The notes below the pieces were generated by a model. The model was not told the origin of the DNA. It saw only the letters and a list, made by a program, of their open reading frames with translations, and did not search any database. From a virus: DNA of 64,000 nucleotides. A program made the position numbers and the translations under genes. The stretch spans positions 1 through 64,000 of IMG/VR virus record IMGVR_UViG_3300026118_000001, one strand, 5' to 3'. Below, piece by piece: positions 1-10,462 of the stretch; position 1 is the first letter of the stretch; every line of letters starts with the position of its first letter.

Positions 1-1
1 T

Positions 2-184
2 CCTTGTATTGAATTTTATAATAAACAAAAACAATATGAAACTTGTTTAATATTTACTGATGGTCATGCAGAAGTTCCTGAAATTAAAACAAATAAAACT
101 TTATTATGGGTAATTAGTAGTAATGGATCAGAAGAAGTAATTAAAGGGTGTGGAAAATGGATTAAAATTCCAAAAGAAAATTAA
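2..184 (+). CDS. 3' end of a VWA-like (DUF2201-type) protein, truncated by the window edge
   Basis: Manual translation ...CLIFTDGHAEVPEIKTNKTLLWVISS...; FTDG followed by LLWV is typical of this C-terminal VWA-like domain; MoxR-type ATPase lies 1 kb downstream. Confidence 0.65.
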   Translation, partial: PCIEFYNKQKQYETCLIFTDGHAEVPEIKTNKTLLWVISSNGSEEVIKGCGKWIKIPKEN

Positions 185-390
185 TGTATTCATTAGGTTA
201 TAAAAATAATAAAGAAACTGTATTTCAGTATAAATTAGACAATGATGATAGAGTAAGTCATATTTCCTATCTTAATATTAATTTTTCTAAAGAGGAACAA
301 AATTTTATTGATGATTTGATGAAATCTGAAGATCTTGATAATTTTTTAATTGCTAAAGCTATAATTGATAATAAAAATGAAAATGGATGA
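184..390 (+). CDS. hypothetical protein with S-x-D-x-D-N-x-x-I-A helical motif
   Basis: ORF coupled to upstream stop; contains DLMKSEDLDNFLIAKAII. Confidence 0.6.
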   Translation: MYSLGYKNNKETVFQYKLDNDDRVSHISYLNINFSKEEQNFIDDLMKSEDLDNFLIAKAIIDNKNENG

Positions 391-625
391 AAAAGAATTA
401 ACAAAGGAAGTTTTATTTAAAAAATTTAATCTTGAGTCTGACTGTAATTTTAGAACCGCTGTTAATTTAGTTTTATCTGAATATAAAAATTATTCATTTA
501 AAAATGATAATGTAGATCAAATAATATCAACAGTTATGGATTTATTAGTAAATTCTGAATCAAAAAATGATCAAGATTTAATAATAGCTGCTCATATATT
601 AAATAGTTTAGAATTAGAAAAATGA
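365..625 (+). CDS. hypothetical protein
   Basis: ORF in a tightly packed operon; true start probably a later Met. Confidence 0.55.
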   Translation: MIIKMKMDEKELTKEVLFKKFNLESDCNFRTAVNLVLSEYKNYSFKNDNVDQIISTVMDLLVNSESKNDQDLIIAAHILNSLELEK

Positions 626-885
626 AAGAAATACAAAGATTAACTAAGCAAGAGAAAATTGAACTTCTTTCTATGTTTAGTAGTGATAGAGATGCTTATC
701 TTTTAGCTAAAACTATGTGTTTAAAATATTTAGAAATTTATCCATCAGAAAAGAAGTTTAAAACTCATGTTTATAATCAAATAAAAGATTATAAGTATGG
801 AAATTCAATTAATAAAACTAGGTATTTTAAAACTTTACAAGATTTGAATTTAGAACCTGAAGATAATGGTAAAGGAGAAATATAA
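622..885 (+). CDS. hypothetical protein
   Basis: ATGA overlap with previous gene. Confidence 0.6.
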   Translation: MKEIQRLTKQEKIELLSMFSSDRDAYLLAKTMCLKYLEIYPSEKKFKTHVYNQIKDYKYGNSINKTRYFKTLQDLNLEPEDNGKGEI

Positions 886-1195
886 ATTAGAAGATTTTGA
901 TGATTTTATATTTTCTAAAGATGGGACCATTAGAGATATGGGTTGGATTATGGCAATAAATTCAATTGATTTAAAGAACATGCCTATTAATGATTTAATT
1001 GAATTAGATATTATTATGAGAGAGATTTATCGTCATTGGGATAATTTAGGGAATAGATTTTTACAAAAGATTAATAAAGCAATTCAAAGACATAGATTAT
1101 CAAGGGTTGCTTATGAAAATAAAAGATATTATATTAGTAGAGATGAAGATTTTCTTAAATATAAAAAAGAACGTAGATTAAAAACTAAATATTAA
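866..1195 (+). CDS. hypothetical protein
   Basis: ORF overlapping previous gene in the operon. Confidence 0.6.
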   Translation: MVKEKYKLEDFDDFIFSKDGTIRDMGWIMAINSIDLKNMPINDLIELDIIMREIYRHWDNLGNRFLQKINKAIQRHRLSRVAYENKRYYISRDEDFLKYKKERRLKTKY

Positions 1196-1202
1196 AATAA
1201 TT

Positions 1203-2423
1203 ATGAGTGTAATTAAACAAACAACATATAAACCTACAGAAACATATAATTTATTAAAACAATTAATAGATTCAAATGATAAAATAATTAATAAAGGTGG
1301 AATTCCAATTTCAATGTCTGTAGTTGGACCTCATGGAATTGGAAAAACTACAGTTATTAGAGAATTAGCTGAAGAATTAGGTAGAGATTTTTTTAAATTA
1401 AATTTATCACAAATTACAGAACCATCTGAATTAGTTGGATTTTATACTAAAGAATATGAAATGGCTAAAAGTGGTACTGATAGTATATGGTGTACTGAAA
1501 ATATGATTCCTGAATATAGTAAATTAGGTTATCAAAGAACTACATTAAGTAAAACATCTGCTTGTCCTCCAGATTGGGTTGTTAATTTGAAAGAAAATGG
1601 AATATTGTGTTTAGATGATTTTAGTAGAGGTAATCAATTACTAATGCAATCAGTTATGGAAATCTGTAATGAGGGAACTATGATTGGTTGGGATTTAAAA
1701 GATAAAAAGATTCAAGTTATATTGTCTGAAAATCCAGATGATGGAGAATATAATGTTCAAACAGTTGATGCAGCTCATGCTTCTAGGATGGTTAAAGTAA
1801 ATATGGTATGGGATGCTAAGGATTGGGCTGAAAGGGCTGAAAAAATTGGTTTAGATGAACGTTTAATTAATTTTGTATTATGGGCTCCTGAACTATTAGA
1901 AAATAAAAAAGCTGAAGGAATTAGTGCAAGTGGAAATGTTAGTCCCAGAATGATGGATAAGTTTTTTAGTTTAGTGAGTACAATTGATGATTTTGATAAA
2001 CATTTAGATATAATATCTACTTATGGAGATATATCAGTAGGTAAAGATTTAACTAGTCAATTAATTAATTTTGTTAATAAGAAATTAGATAAACTTCCAA
2101 GTGTTGAGAAACTAATTAAAGAATATGATGAAAAAACAGCTAAATCTCAATTAACACAATGTTGTGGAGATAGTGAGAAAGATAGTAGCAATTGGAAAGC
2201 GGCTACAGCAGCTATATTAACTACACGTATGTATAATTATATGAGATTTAATCAAAAAACTGTAAGTAAAGATAATATTAAACAATATTTAGCTTTAATT
2301 TTACATCCAAGTTTTAGTGTAGATCAAAAATATTTAATGGTTAAGCAGACTGTAGGAATTAATAATACATTTTCTCAATTATTAGCTGGAAATCCTGAAT
2401 TTATTAAATATATGGTAAAATAA
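1203..2423 (+). CDS. MoxR-like AAA+ ATPase
   Basis: Walker A GPHGIGKT, Walker B ILCLDDFSR, SPR sensor-like motif; near a VWA gene. Confidence 0.85.
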   Translation: MSVIKQTTYKPTETYNLLKQLIDSNDKIINKGGIPISMSVVGPHGIGKTTVIRELAEELGRDFFKLNLSQITEPSELVGFYTKEYEMAKSGTDSIWCTENMIPEYSKLGYQRTTLSKTSACPPDWVVNLKENGILCLDDFSRGNQLLMQSVMEICNEGTMIGWDLKDKKIQVILSENPDDGEYNVQTVDAAHASRMVKVNMVWDAKDWAERAEKIGLDERLINFVLWAPELLENKKAEGISASGNVSPRMMDKFFSLVSTIDDFDKHLDIISTYGDISVGKDLTSQLINFVNKKLDKLPSVEKLIKEYDEKTAKSQLTQCCGDSEKDSSNWKAATAAILTTRMYNYMRFNQKTVSKDNIKQYLALILHPSFSVDQKYLMVKQTVGINNTFSQLLAGNPEFIKYMVK

Positions 2424-3250
2424 TGAGAATAGTAATAAGTGGAAATAATAAATTTATAGATCAAGATTTATTCGATTATATTAATCAGATTTGGGTAACA
2501 TATGATATTGAAATAGACAATGATAGTTGTATTTATTTTACAAAAAATACCACAGTTAATCGTTTAATAACTGATTATTGTGGAAAGAAAATATCAAGAG
2601 TAATAAAGAAAGAAAAAGCTGATTATGTAATTATTAATAAGTTTAATTTATCAAATTATCCTCAATATTTTGATGGAACAAATATAGTTGATGATGATAC
2701 TAAAGAAGTTGTATATGGAATTTATAATGAATCATGTGAAATTCAAGATACAATTGATTTAATATTAGATTTTATAGATAGAAAACAAGAAGTTAAATAT
2801 GTTAATCAAAACAAACTTAATGATAGTCTAAATAATGGTTATATAATTGATATTGAGAGTTATTCTACATTAAAAGAGTTAATTGATAGTAGTCATAGTG
2901 ATAATCATCAATTAGCTATTAATATGATAATTGGAAGTGATTTAAAGAATAATTGGGAGTGGATATTATATTTATATCATAATAAAGGAGCTCAGGTTAC
3001 TTCTTATGATAAAAAAAATATTATAAGAAATTATTTTGATACACTTAATTTAGGTTTTGGATTACATGATTTATTACCAAGAATAGATAGTTCTTTAGCT
3101 GTTGTGACTAATCCTCAAGTTAAAGATAGATTTACTTATATGGTAAAATCTCAATTTCAAAATAAGATTAATGAATATTTCAAAACTTTAGGTACTCAAA
3201 AATTCAAACTTAATGATTTTAAGATAGAATACGATGCAAATAAACAATAA
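2423..3250 (+). CDS. hypothetical protein, distant paralog of next gene
   Basis: KEKADYVII and LIDSSHSDNHQLAINM resemble VSKADVIVI and LLKSKQEDNIRIAMEF in 3234..4022. Confidence 0.7.
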   Translation: MRIVISGNNKFIDQDLFDYINQIWVTYDIEIDNDSCIYFTKNTTVNRLITDYCGKKISRVIKKEKADYVIINKFNLSNYPQYFDGTNIVDDDTKEVVYGIYNESCEIQDTIDLILDFIDRKQEVKYVNQNKLNDSLNNGYIIDIESYSTLKELIDSSHSDNHQLAINMIIGSDLKNNWEWILYLYHNKGAQVTSYDKKNIIRNYFDTLNLGFGLHDLLPRIDSSLAVVTNPQVKDRFTYMVKSQFQNKINEYFKTLGTQKFKLNDFKIEYDANKQ

Positions 3251-4022
3251 ACCTATTCATTTAGAAGTTAAATATAATGAGAATTATTATAATAAACAAG
3301 AATTTAATGATTTCTTTGAAAATAATAATATAAAATATATTTCTGAAGATATTAAAGGAAAATCTTTATATTTAATTAATAATACAGTTTCTCAGACTAA
3401 ATTAAGAGATAGTGGATTTATTATAAAAAGAGATGTATCTAAGGCTGATGTTATTGTTATTTCTGATTATTATAAATTGAAATCAAATTTTTCTTATTTA
3501 ACTAAAAGTGAAGTTGCAATTCATACTAGATATAATATTGAACACTTCTTTAATACTTATAATCAATATAATAGTTATATTTTAGATACTGAATTATATA
3601 AATATCTTTATAAATATGATGGTAATCAAGAATTATTTATTCAATGTAATGATTTATTGAAATCTAAACAAGAAGATAATATTAGAATAGCAATGGAATT
3701 TATGTCTAATGCTAATTGGGAAACTAATGAAATATATTTACAAGAATTATTTAATTTATATTGGTTTGATTGTATTAGACGTAATAATTATAAAGATAGT
3801 ATTTCTTTTAAAGGATTTCTTAATTCTTTAAGTTTTCCTTATATGAGTTTACGTTTAAATGAAGCAAATGATTATAGAGAATTATGTACTAAACAGGAAC
3901 ATCATGAATGGTTATATAATAAATATATTGAAGAATTTCAAGAAGAATTAGATTTTTTATTTGTGAAACATAAAATTAAATTAGATAAAATAGAATTTTC
4001 AATTGATAAAACTATATTTTAA
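3234..4022 (+). CDS. hypothetical protein, distant paralog of previous gene
   Basis: 262-aa ORF sharing two motifs with 2423..3250. Confidence 0.7.
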   Translation: MQINNKPIHLEVKYNENYYNKQEFNDFFENNNIKYISEDIKGKSLYLINNTVSQTKLRDSGFIIKRDVSKADVIVISDYYKLKSNFSYLTKSEVAIHTRYNIEHFFNTYNQYNSYILDTELYKYLYKYDGNQELFIQCNDLLKSKQEDNIRIAMEFMSNANWETNEIYLQELFNLYWFDCIRRNNYKDSISFKGFLNSLSFPYMSLRLNEANDYRELCTKQEHHEWLYNKYIEEFQEELDFLFVKHKIKLDKIEFSIDKTIF

Positions 4023-5101
4023 TGAAAACATTATATAAGCGTGATAGTCGTGGAAAGATTAGAATATGGCAAATTTATACTCAAGGAGCTTTATTAATTC
4101 AAGAAAGTGGATTAGAAGATGGTAAATTAGTTAAACATCAAAAGTTTTGTACTCCTAAGAATATTGGTAAATCTAATGGTACAGATTGTAATCAACAAGC
4201 TTTATTAGAAATGGATTCTTTGATTAAACAAAAACTTGATGAAGGTTATTTTGAAACTAAAGAATTAGCTGAAAGTGAAAAAGTAATTCTTCCTATGTTA
4301 GCTAAATCATATGATGATGAAAAGCATAAAATAGATTGGTCTAAAAATGTATTTATTCAGCCTAAATTAGATGGAATGAGATGTTTGGCTCATTGTAAAT
4401 CTAATGGAGATGTAGAATTAGTTTCTAGAGATGGTAAAATTATTGATAGAGATATAATGTTTCATATAATTAAAGATTTATCTAATATTAAGCAAGATAT
4501 TATTTTGGATGGTGAATTATATGCTCATGGATTAAGCTTTCAAGAAAATATGAAACTAATTAAAAAATATAGAAAGGGAGAAACTGAATTAATTAAATAT
4601 CATATCTATGATGTTGTTTTAAATGAGCCTTTTGATCATAGAGCTTCTATTATATATACAATTTCTCAAAGATTGAAATCTATTAATATTGAGTATGTTG
4701 AATCTATTGGAATGAATGATGAAAAAATGTTAATTGATTTTCATAGTGAAAATATATCTGAAGGATATGAAGGATCAATTATTAGACATGGTGATGAAGG
4801 TTATAAAATGAATGGTAGAAGTTCTAATTTATTAAAGTATAAAGACTTTAAAGATATGGATTTATCAATTTTAGATATAACTCCTAATGAAGCTAATCCT
4901 TTACATGGAACTCCTTGGTTTAAATTAAATGATAAACTGTTTAAAGCTGGGTGTAAACTAAGTCATGAAGATAGGGAGGATTTATTAACTAATAAAGATG
5001 AGTATATTGGTAAAATAGCAACTATTAGGTATTTTGAATTAACAGATGAAGGTTTATTACGCTTTCCTGTAATGGTTGGAATTAGAAATGATTTAAATTA
5101 A
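4022..5101 (+). CDS. lig: ATP-dependent DNA ligase
   Basis: Motif I QPKLDGMRC, LDGELY, YHIYD, EGSIIR, LLKYK, C-terminal LRFP. Confidence 0.93.
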   Translation: MKTLYKRDSRGKIRIWQIYTQGALLIQESGLEDGKLVKHQKFCTPKNIGKSNGTDCNQQALLEMDSLIKQKLDEGYFETKELAESEKVILPMLAKSYDDEKHKIDWSKNVFIQPKLDGMRCLAHCKSNGDVELVSRDGKIIDRDIMFHIIKDLSNIKQDIILDGELYAHGLSFQENMKLIKKYRKGETELIKYHIYDVVLNEPFDHRASIIYTISQRLKSINIEYVESIGMNDEKMLIDFHSENISEGYEGSIIRHGDEGYKMNGRSSNLLKYKDFKDMDLSILDITPNEANPLHGTPWFKLNDKLFKAGCKLSHEDREDLLTNKDEYIGKIATIRYFELTDEGLLRFPVMVGIRNDLN

Positions 5102-5106
5102 TAAAT

Positions 5107-5286
5107 ATGTTAGAAAGAGATTTAAATCCTCCAGAATTTTATTATAAACCTGATAGAAGTGGTTATTGTGATAAATGTTGTGAATTTGATGAATTAAAAG
5201 AAGTAGAAAGAGATTATTGGTTATGTTTTGAATGTAGAGAAGAAGCATGGTTAAATTTACATAATAAAAGTAATAAAGAAGAATAA
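5107..5286 (+). CDS. small putative zinc-finger protein (59 aa, not in ORF track)
   Basis: MLERDLNPPEF...CDKCCE...WLCFEC...; two CxxC pairs; fills the gap between neighbours. Confidence 0.55.
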   Translation: MLERDLNPPEFYYKPDRSGYCDKCCEFDELKEVERDYWLCFECREEAWLNLHNKSNKEE

Positions 5287-5288
5287 AT

Positions 5289-5546
5289 ATGACAGAAGAC
5301 GGTAAAGAAGATATATCTTGGATGGCTACTCAGTTAATTAATGATAGAGATATGTCTAAAATTGAAGAACCTAAAGAATTAACAAGAAGTTTTGGTGGTA
5401 AAATTGATGGTTTTATTTCTTCTTTAGAAGAAGCCCATGAAAAAAGACATTTGAAAGCTTATTTAAAAGGAAAGAAGTATTTTAGACATGGATTTTATGA
5501 GAATAAAAAGCCTAGATATTATGATGTAATAGAAAATTGGAAGTAA
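5289..5546 (+). CDS. hypothetical protein
   Basis: ORF in operon. Confidence 0.55.
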   Translation: MTEDGKEDISWMATQLINDRDMSKIEEPKELTRSFGGKIDGFISSLEEAHEKRHLKAYLKGKKYFRHGFYENKKPRYYDVIENWK

Positions 5547-5711
5547 ACTAAACTAAATTTAAATTTATGATTATTGAAGAACCAGAAGAATTACAAATGT
5601 ATATTGATTTTATGATGAAAAGTAAAATATATGATAATATTCATGATTTAATTGATGATTTAAAATATGAGTTTGATATAAATTTAAATGAACAACAAAT
5701 TGAAAATATAA

Positions 5712-5987
5712 ATGAAAGCGAAGAAAAAACCAGTAATAATTGATTATTATATAATTAATACAGAATCATCAGAGAATGGTACAAAATTAGTTGAATGGGT
5801 TAATTCATTTAATGATAATTTTCTTGATAATTTTGTATTAAATTATGATAGCAAGACAATAAGTGTAAAGACATTGGAAGGAACTTCATATAATGTAACA
5901 AATGATGATATAATTATAAGAGGTATAAAAGGTGAATATTATCCTTGTAAGAAAGATATATTTGAAGCAACTTATGATATATTATAA
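5712..5987 (+). CDS. conserved phage protein (PGDYG-like family)
   Basis: KKKPVII...TLEG...DIIIRGIKGEYYPCKKDIFEATY signature. Confidence 0.75.
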   Translation: MKAKKKPVIIDYYIINTESSENGTKLVEWVNSFNDNFLDNFVLNYDSKTISVKTLEGTSYNVTNDDIIIRGIKGEYYPCKKDIFEATYDIL

Positions 5988-6205
5988 TGATAAATGATGA
6001 AGATATTAAATCATTAATTCAAATAGCAGAATTACAACCACCAAATAAAATAGAAGTAATTCAGAGATATATTTTTGATTTAAAAGAAAAACAAGTAAAT
6101 ATTAATATTCCTAGAGATATGATTAACCAAATGTTAATGGAACAAGCTTATAATATAGCTAAGGAATATTATTTAGATAAATTTAAGGAGAATAATGCAA
6201 GTTAA
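5987..6205 (+). CDS. hypothetical protein
   Basis: TAATG coupling with previous gene. Confidence 0.55.
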   Translation: MINDEDIKSLIQIAELQPPNKIEVIQRYIFDLKEKQVNINIPRDMINQMLMEQAYNIAKEYYLDKFKENNAS

Positions 6206-6806
6206 TATAGATAAATTATTAAAATTAAAGATTCCATTAGAAGCTTATTTTATTCTTTGGTGTATTTATAATGAAGAAGTAGATGCGTTAGCTAATTATA
6301 TTAATAATAATAAATCTATTCCTATTAATATTTATGAATTATTATCTAATGATAATTGGTTAATTTTTACTGGAGAAACCAATGATTTAAATAATGTTGA
6401 ATTAACAGATAAATTTGCTAAAGAATTTCTTGGAATAATTAATTATAATGGTACATTAACATTTGATGATGCTTTTCAACAACTAAGGGATCATTTTCCT
6501 ATTAAAGCTGGTAATTCTGAAAGAAGATTACAAGGAAATCCTGAAAAATGTAAGAATTTATATAAATCTATTATTATTAAAAATGGTAGAATTGATGAAG
6601 CATTACATTCTTTAATATTACAATGTGTTAATTATGAAATTAATTTAAGAACTAAGGCTAAAAGTTTAGAATATTTTAAATTAATGACAACATGGTTAAA
6701 CCAGAGAGAATGGGAATTATATAAATTAGAAGTTGAAGAGATTATTAGGAAAGATGGGTTTATTGATAAGAATGGAAGTGATGAATTAAGAGAAGATAGA
6801 TTATGA
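6195..6806 (+). CDS. putative replication initiator / helicase loader
   Basis: Directly upstream of helicase; C-terminal YFKLMTTWLNQREWE resembles phage replisome-organiser motifs. Confidence 0.5.
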   Translation: MQVNIDKLLKLKIPLEAYFILWCIYNEEVDALANYINNNKSIPINIYELLSNDNWLIFTGETNDLNNVELTDKFAKEFLGIINYNGTLTFDDAFQQLRDHFPIKAGNSERRLQGNPEKCKNLYKSIIIKNGRIDEALHSLILQCVNYEINLRTKAKSLEYFKLMTTWLNQREWELYKLEVEEIIRKDGFIDKNGSDELREDRL

Positions 6807-7879
6807 GTATTATAGAAAGAGTAATAGAAGAGCTAAAGGAAAACAAACAGAAGAGATTAAAAGGTGAAGATATTTTAATACCTTGGTTAAATTTACCTAA
6901 ACTCTCTACTGTTCTTCCTGGAGTACAAAAAGGTAGATATGTAATTATAACAGCAAACAGTAAAGTTGGGAAAACTCAAATTGCTGATTATCTATATTTA
7001 TATGAACCTTTAAATTATATATTAAATAATAAAACTAATCTTAAATTAAAAATTTTTTATTTCAGCTTGGAAATCTCGAAAGAAGATAAATTATTACAAA
7101 TGATTTCTAATAAAATATATAATGATAAGAAATATATTATCTCTATGGATAATTTAAAATCTTATTTTAAAGGATATGTTTTAGAGGATAGAGTTGAACA
7201 ATTAATAGACAGTTATAAAGATTATTTTACTAGAGTGGAATCTATTGTTACAATAATAGATAACATAAGAAATCCACATGGTATATATAAAGAGGTTAGA
7301 AAATATGCTAGAGAAAATGGTAAGTTCTTTTTAAAAGATGGTACAGAAGTGGATCCAGTAGCTAACCCATTTTATGATTATTATGAACCAAATGATCCTC
7401 ATGAGCAAGTTATAGTTATAACTGATAGTTTATCTTTATTACAACCTGAAAAAATTGATGGTAAACAACAAGAACTTTGGGATGCTATGTTTAAATTTAG
7501 TTCTGATTATAGTTTAAAAATGAGAGATAATTTTAAATATACAGTTGTTAATATTCAACAGCAAGCAGGAGATCAAGAAAAACAACAATTTACTTTTAAG
7601 GGAAGTACAATTATTGATAAATTAAGACCTAGTGCTGATGGTTTAGGTGATTGTAAATTAACTGGTAGGGATTGTGATTTGATGATTGGTTTATTTGCAC
7701 CAGCTCGTTATAAAGTTAAAGAATATCAAGGATTTAATATAGAAAAATTAAAAGATAACTATAGAGAACTTTGTATTATTTTTAATAGAAGAGGTGGAGG
7801 AAATATTAATTTAGATTTATTTTTTCAAGGTGAGTGTAATTATTTTAGAGAGCTTGGAGATAGTGAATTTAGGGTATAA
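6803..7879 (+). CDS. DnaB-like (SF4) replicative helicase
   Basis: Walker A ANSKVGKT, YFSLE, VITDSLSL, IQQQ, DCDLMIGL. Confidence 0.85.
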   Translation: MSIIERVIEELKENKQKRLKGEDILIPWLNLPKLSTVLPGVQKGRYVIITANSKVGKTQIADYLYLYEPLNYILNNKTNLKLKIFYFSLEISKEDKLLQMISNKIYNDKKYIISMDNLKSYFKGYVLEDRVEQLIDSYKDYFTRVESIVTIIDNIRNPHGIYKEVRKYARENGKFFLKDGTEVDPVANPFYDYYEPNDPHEQVIVITDSLSLLQPEKIDGKQQELWDAMFKFSSDYSLKMRDNFKYTVVNIQQQAGDQEKQQFTFKGSTIIDKLRPSADGLGDCKLTGRDCDLMIGLFAPARYKVKEYQGFNIEKLKDNYRELCIIFNRRGGGNINLDLFFQGECNYFRELGDSEFRV

Positions 7880-7880
7880 A

Positions 7881-7915
7881 TAAGTTGTAAAATACAAATT
7901 TATTTTGTAACTTTA
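7881..7915 (+). promoter_or_regulatory. phage promoter motif TAAGTTG-N19-GTAACTTTA
   Basis: Same motif and spacing as four copies upstream of structural-arm genes. Confidence 0.6.
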
Positions 7916-7920
7916 CAATT

Positions 7921-8775
7921 ATGAAACAAGCTGGAATATATCGAATAACTAATATAAATAATTCTAAAATTTATATAGGTTCTGCACAAAATCTCTCTAA
8001 AAGAAAGACACAACATTTTTCTAATTTAAAACATAATAGACACACAAATAAATATTTGCAAAATTCTTATAATAAACATAAGAGAGGAGTATTTATTTTT
8101 GAAGTTATACAATATGTCAAAAATATAGAAGATTTAATCTTTTATGAACAAAAATGGATTGATTTAACATATTGTTATGATCGTCGATTTGGTTATAATT
8201 TATGTGAAATTGCAGATAGACCTTTTATTGGAAGAACTATTAGTGAAGAACATAAAAGAAAATTGAAAGAATCAAATACTGGTGAAAATCATTATGCTTT
8301 TGGTGGTCATTTTACAGAAGAGCATAAAAACAGTTTAAAAGAGGCTAGAAAAAGTCAAATTATGACTAATAATAAACCTGTTTTACAATACGGCTTAGAT
8401 AATATGTTTATTAAAGAGTGGAGAACTACTTTAGAACTTGGTAAGTTAGGATTTGATCCTTCTGGTATTAGTGCTTGTTGTAATAACAATAGAAGTAAAA
8501 GTCAAGGATTTAAGTGGAAATTTAAAATCAATAATGAAATTCCTTTAATTTTTAAAGATACTTTTGTAGGAAAACCTAGAACTTATGAAAATACTAGAAA
8601 GAAGACTATAATACAATTAGATTTAAATAATAATTTTATTAGAGAACATGAATCTATAACTAGTGCTGCCATTAATATTAATGGATTAGAAACTTCTATA
8701 TCAAGATGTTTAAGGGGTATTAGAGCTTCATATAAAGAATTTAAATGGAAATATAAAATAATAGAAAAATTATAA
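7921..8775 (+). CDS. free-standing GIY-YIG homing endonuclease with NUMOD DNA-binding repeats
   Basis: GIYRI...YIGSA...R...E...GYN catalytic domain; SEEHKRKL and TEEHKNSL (NUMOD3-like); two LQY...GFKWK repeats (NUMOD1-like). Confidence 0.9.
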   Translation: MKQAGIYRITNINNSKIYIGSAQNLSKRKTQHFSNLKHNRHTNKYLQNSYNKHKRGVFIFEVIQYVKNIEDLIFYEQKWIDLTYCYDRRFGYNLCEIADRPFIGRTISEEHKRKLKESNTGENHYAFGGHFTEEHKNSLKEARKSQIMTNNKPVLQYGLDNMFIKEWRTTLELGKLGFDPSGISACCNNNRSKSQGFKWKFKINNEIPLIFKDTFVGKPRTYENTRKKTIIQLDLNNNFIREHESITSAAININGLETSISRCLRGIRASYKEFKWKYKIIEKL

Positions 8776-8985
8776 ATGGAAAAACAAATATATTATAATG
8801 AAACAATCTTTATTAATTCAGATATTCCAATAGAAGAACCTACAGAGGTTTATTTAACTTATGATTTACAAGAAGATGACATTCAATTGTCATTGGATTA
8901 TAATTTAAATTTAAAACAATTGGAGAAATTTGCTAAAGATTTGTTAAAATTTGTAAATGAAATTAAAAAAGAAATAAAAGGATAA
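8776..8985 (+). CDS. hypothetical protein
   Basis: ORF abutting both neighbours. Confidence 0.55.
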   Translation: MEKQIYYNETIFINSDIPIEEPTEVYLTYDLQEDDIQLSLDYNLNLKQLEKFAKDLLKFVNEIKKEIKG

Positions 8986-8986
8986 A

Positions 8987-9796
8987 ATGGCATTTAAGAA
9001 AGAAAAAACATTAGTTAGTTTACAATCTCCTAATGAAATTCTAATTTATTCTAAACCTAAAATGGGTAAAACTGATTTAGTTAGTAGAATTGAGGATTGT
9101 GGAATTATAGAATTGGAAGGTGGAGCTAATTATGTTAATGGATATGTTCATAATGTTAATAATTTAAAGGAATTAGATGAATTATTAACTTGGCTTGAGA
9201 AAGAAAATCCATATAAATATCTTGCATTTGATACAATGACTAGATTAGAAGAATGGTGTGAGATTGAAGGTACATTAAATTATATGAATAGTAGTCAAGG
9301 TAAATCATTTAATAGAGTGCTACAAGAACATATTGATAGAGGATTAGCACCACAAGATAAATTAGGAGCTAAATTTCCTCCAGGAAAAGAAGGATTTGAA
9401 TCTGTTCATAGTTTAGGTCAAGGTTATGGTTATAGATGGAGTAGAGAGTCTTATCAAAAATGGTTTCTTAGAATGAAAGCTCTAAAATGTAGAAAAATAT
9501 TTTTAGCTCATATTAAGGATAAATTAATTGAAAGTAAAAATGGAGATCAGGTTGTTGGTAGAGATATTGATTTAACAGGCAAGCTCAAGTCAATAACAAC
9601 TTCATTTGTAGACACAATTGCTTATTTGCATAGAGGATCTGATGGTAATACATATTTAAGTTTTAAAGCTGGAGAAGCTGTAGCTGAAGGTAGTAGAAGT
9701 AAACATCTTACTGGTCAGGATTTAATGATTGGAGAATGGAGTAATGAGAAAAAAGATTATTCAGAAACATTCTGGTCTAAAATATATATTGACTAA
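8987..9796 (+). CDS. AAA_24 / Sak4-like P-loop ATPase (recombination)
   Basis: YSKPKMGKT, LAFDTMT, G-x-GY, IFLAH motifs; SSB-like gene nearby. Confidence 0.75.
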   Translation: MAFKKEKTLVSLQSPNEILIYSKPKMGKTDLVSRIEDCGIIELEGGANYVNGYVHNVNNLKELDELLTWLEKENPYKYLAFDTMTRLEEWCEIEGTLNYMNSSQGKSFNRVLQEHIDRGLAPQDKLGAKFPPGKEGFESVHSLGQGYGYRWSRESYQKWFLRMKALKCRKIFLAHIKDKLIESKNGDQVVGRDIDLTGKLKSITTSFVDTIAYLHRGSDGNTYLSFKAGEAVAEGSRSKHLTGQDLMIGEWSNEKKDYSETFWSKIYID

Positions 9797-10173
9797 TGCA
9801 TTGTACTAATATGAAAGTAATTAATATTAATCTATTAGATTTTTTAAATGTTGTAACAAGTACTAGTAATGGTTATTTTATACAAGAATATCAGACAGGT
9901 ATAAGATATAGAATAAGTCCTCAAACAAATTATGATTTAAGAAGAAAATATCAAGATTTAATGACTAATAATCTAATTTCTAATGGTAGAGTTTATATAG
10001 TGTCTATTTGTGTAGAAGATGATAGTAATATTAATGATAGAAATCAGATTAGTATGAGTTCTGATCCATTTAGAGAATTTGATAGAAGCCAATATGGTCC
10101 AATAAGTCCATATAAATTAGAGAGTCCAATTAAACAAGAAAATAAATTAAATAAAAAATTATTATTACTATGA
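9796..10173 (+). CDS. hypothetical protein
   Basis: Coupled ORF ending in NKKLLLL. Confidence 0.55.
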   Translation: MHCTNMKVININLLDFLNVVTSTSNGYFIQEYQTGIRYRISPQTNYDLRRKYQDLMTNNLISNGRVYIVSICVEDDSNINDRNQISMSSDPFREFDRSQYGPISPYKLESPIKQENKLNKKLLLL

Positions 10174-10460
10174 GTGAATTATCAACAGAAGTTAAGAAAA
10201 AATATATAGACCTGATTAAGTTAGGTAAAGATGCTTTAGATGCAATTAAAGCTCCTTTTGAGGCTAGAAAAGCTGAAAAAGATTTAGAGAAAGAAGTAAT
10301 TAATATTGAACAATCAATAGCTGAACAAGAATTAAAAATTCAAACAGCAAAGGGTGAAAAACCTTTTAATCTTAAATTAATTTTAGAAGCAATTGATACT
10401 AAAGATTTAAAAGAAAGAGAATTAAAATTAGCTAAGGAATTACAGAAAGAATTATTTTAA
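10170..10460 (+). CDS. hypothetical coiled-coil protein
   Basis: ATGA overlap, E/K-rich helical sequence. Confidence 0.6.
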   Translation: MSELSTEVKKKYIDLIKLGKDALDAIKAPFEARKAEKDLEKEVINIEQSIAEQELKIQTAKGEKPFNLKLILEAIDTKDLKERELKLAKELQKELF

Positions 10461-10462
10461 CA

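Noticed and set aside
6803-8775. Group I intron carrying the GIY-YIG gene inside the helicase
   Set aside because: Helicase looks complete before the endonuclease, flanks are 41 nt and 0 nt, leaving no room for intron core elements
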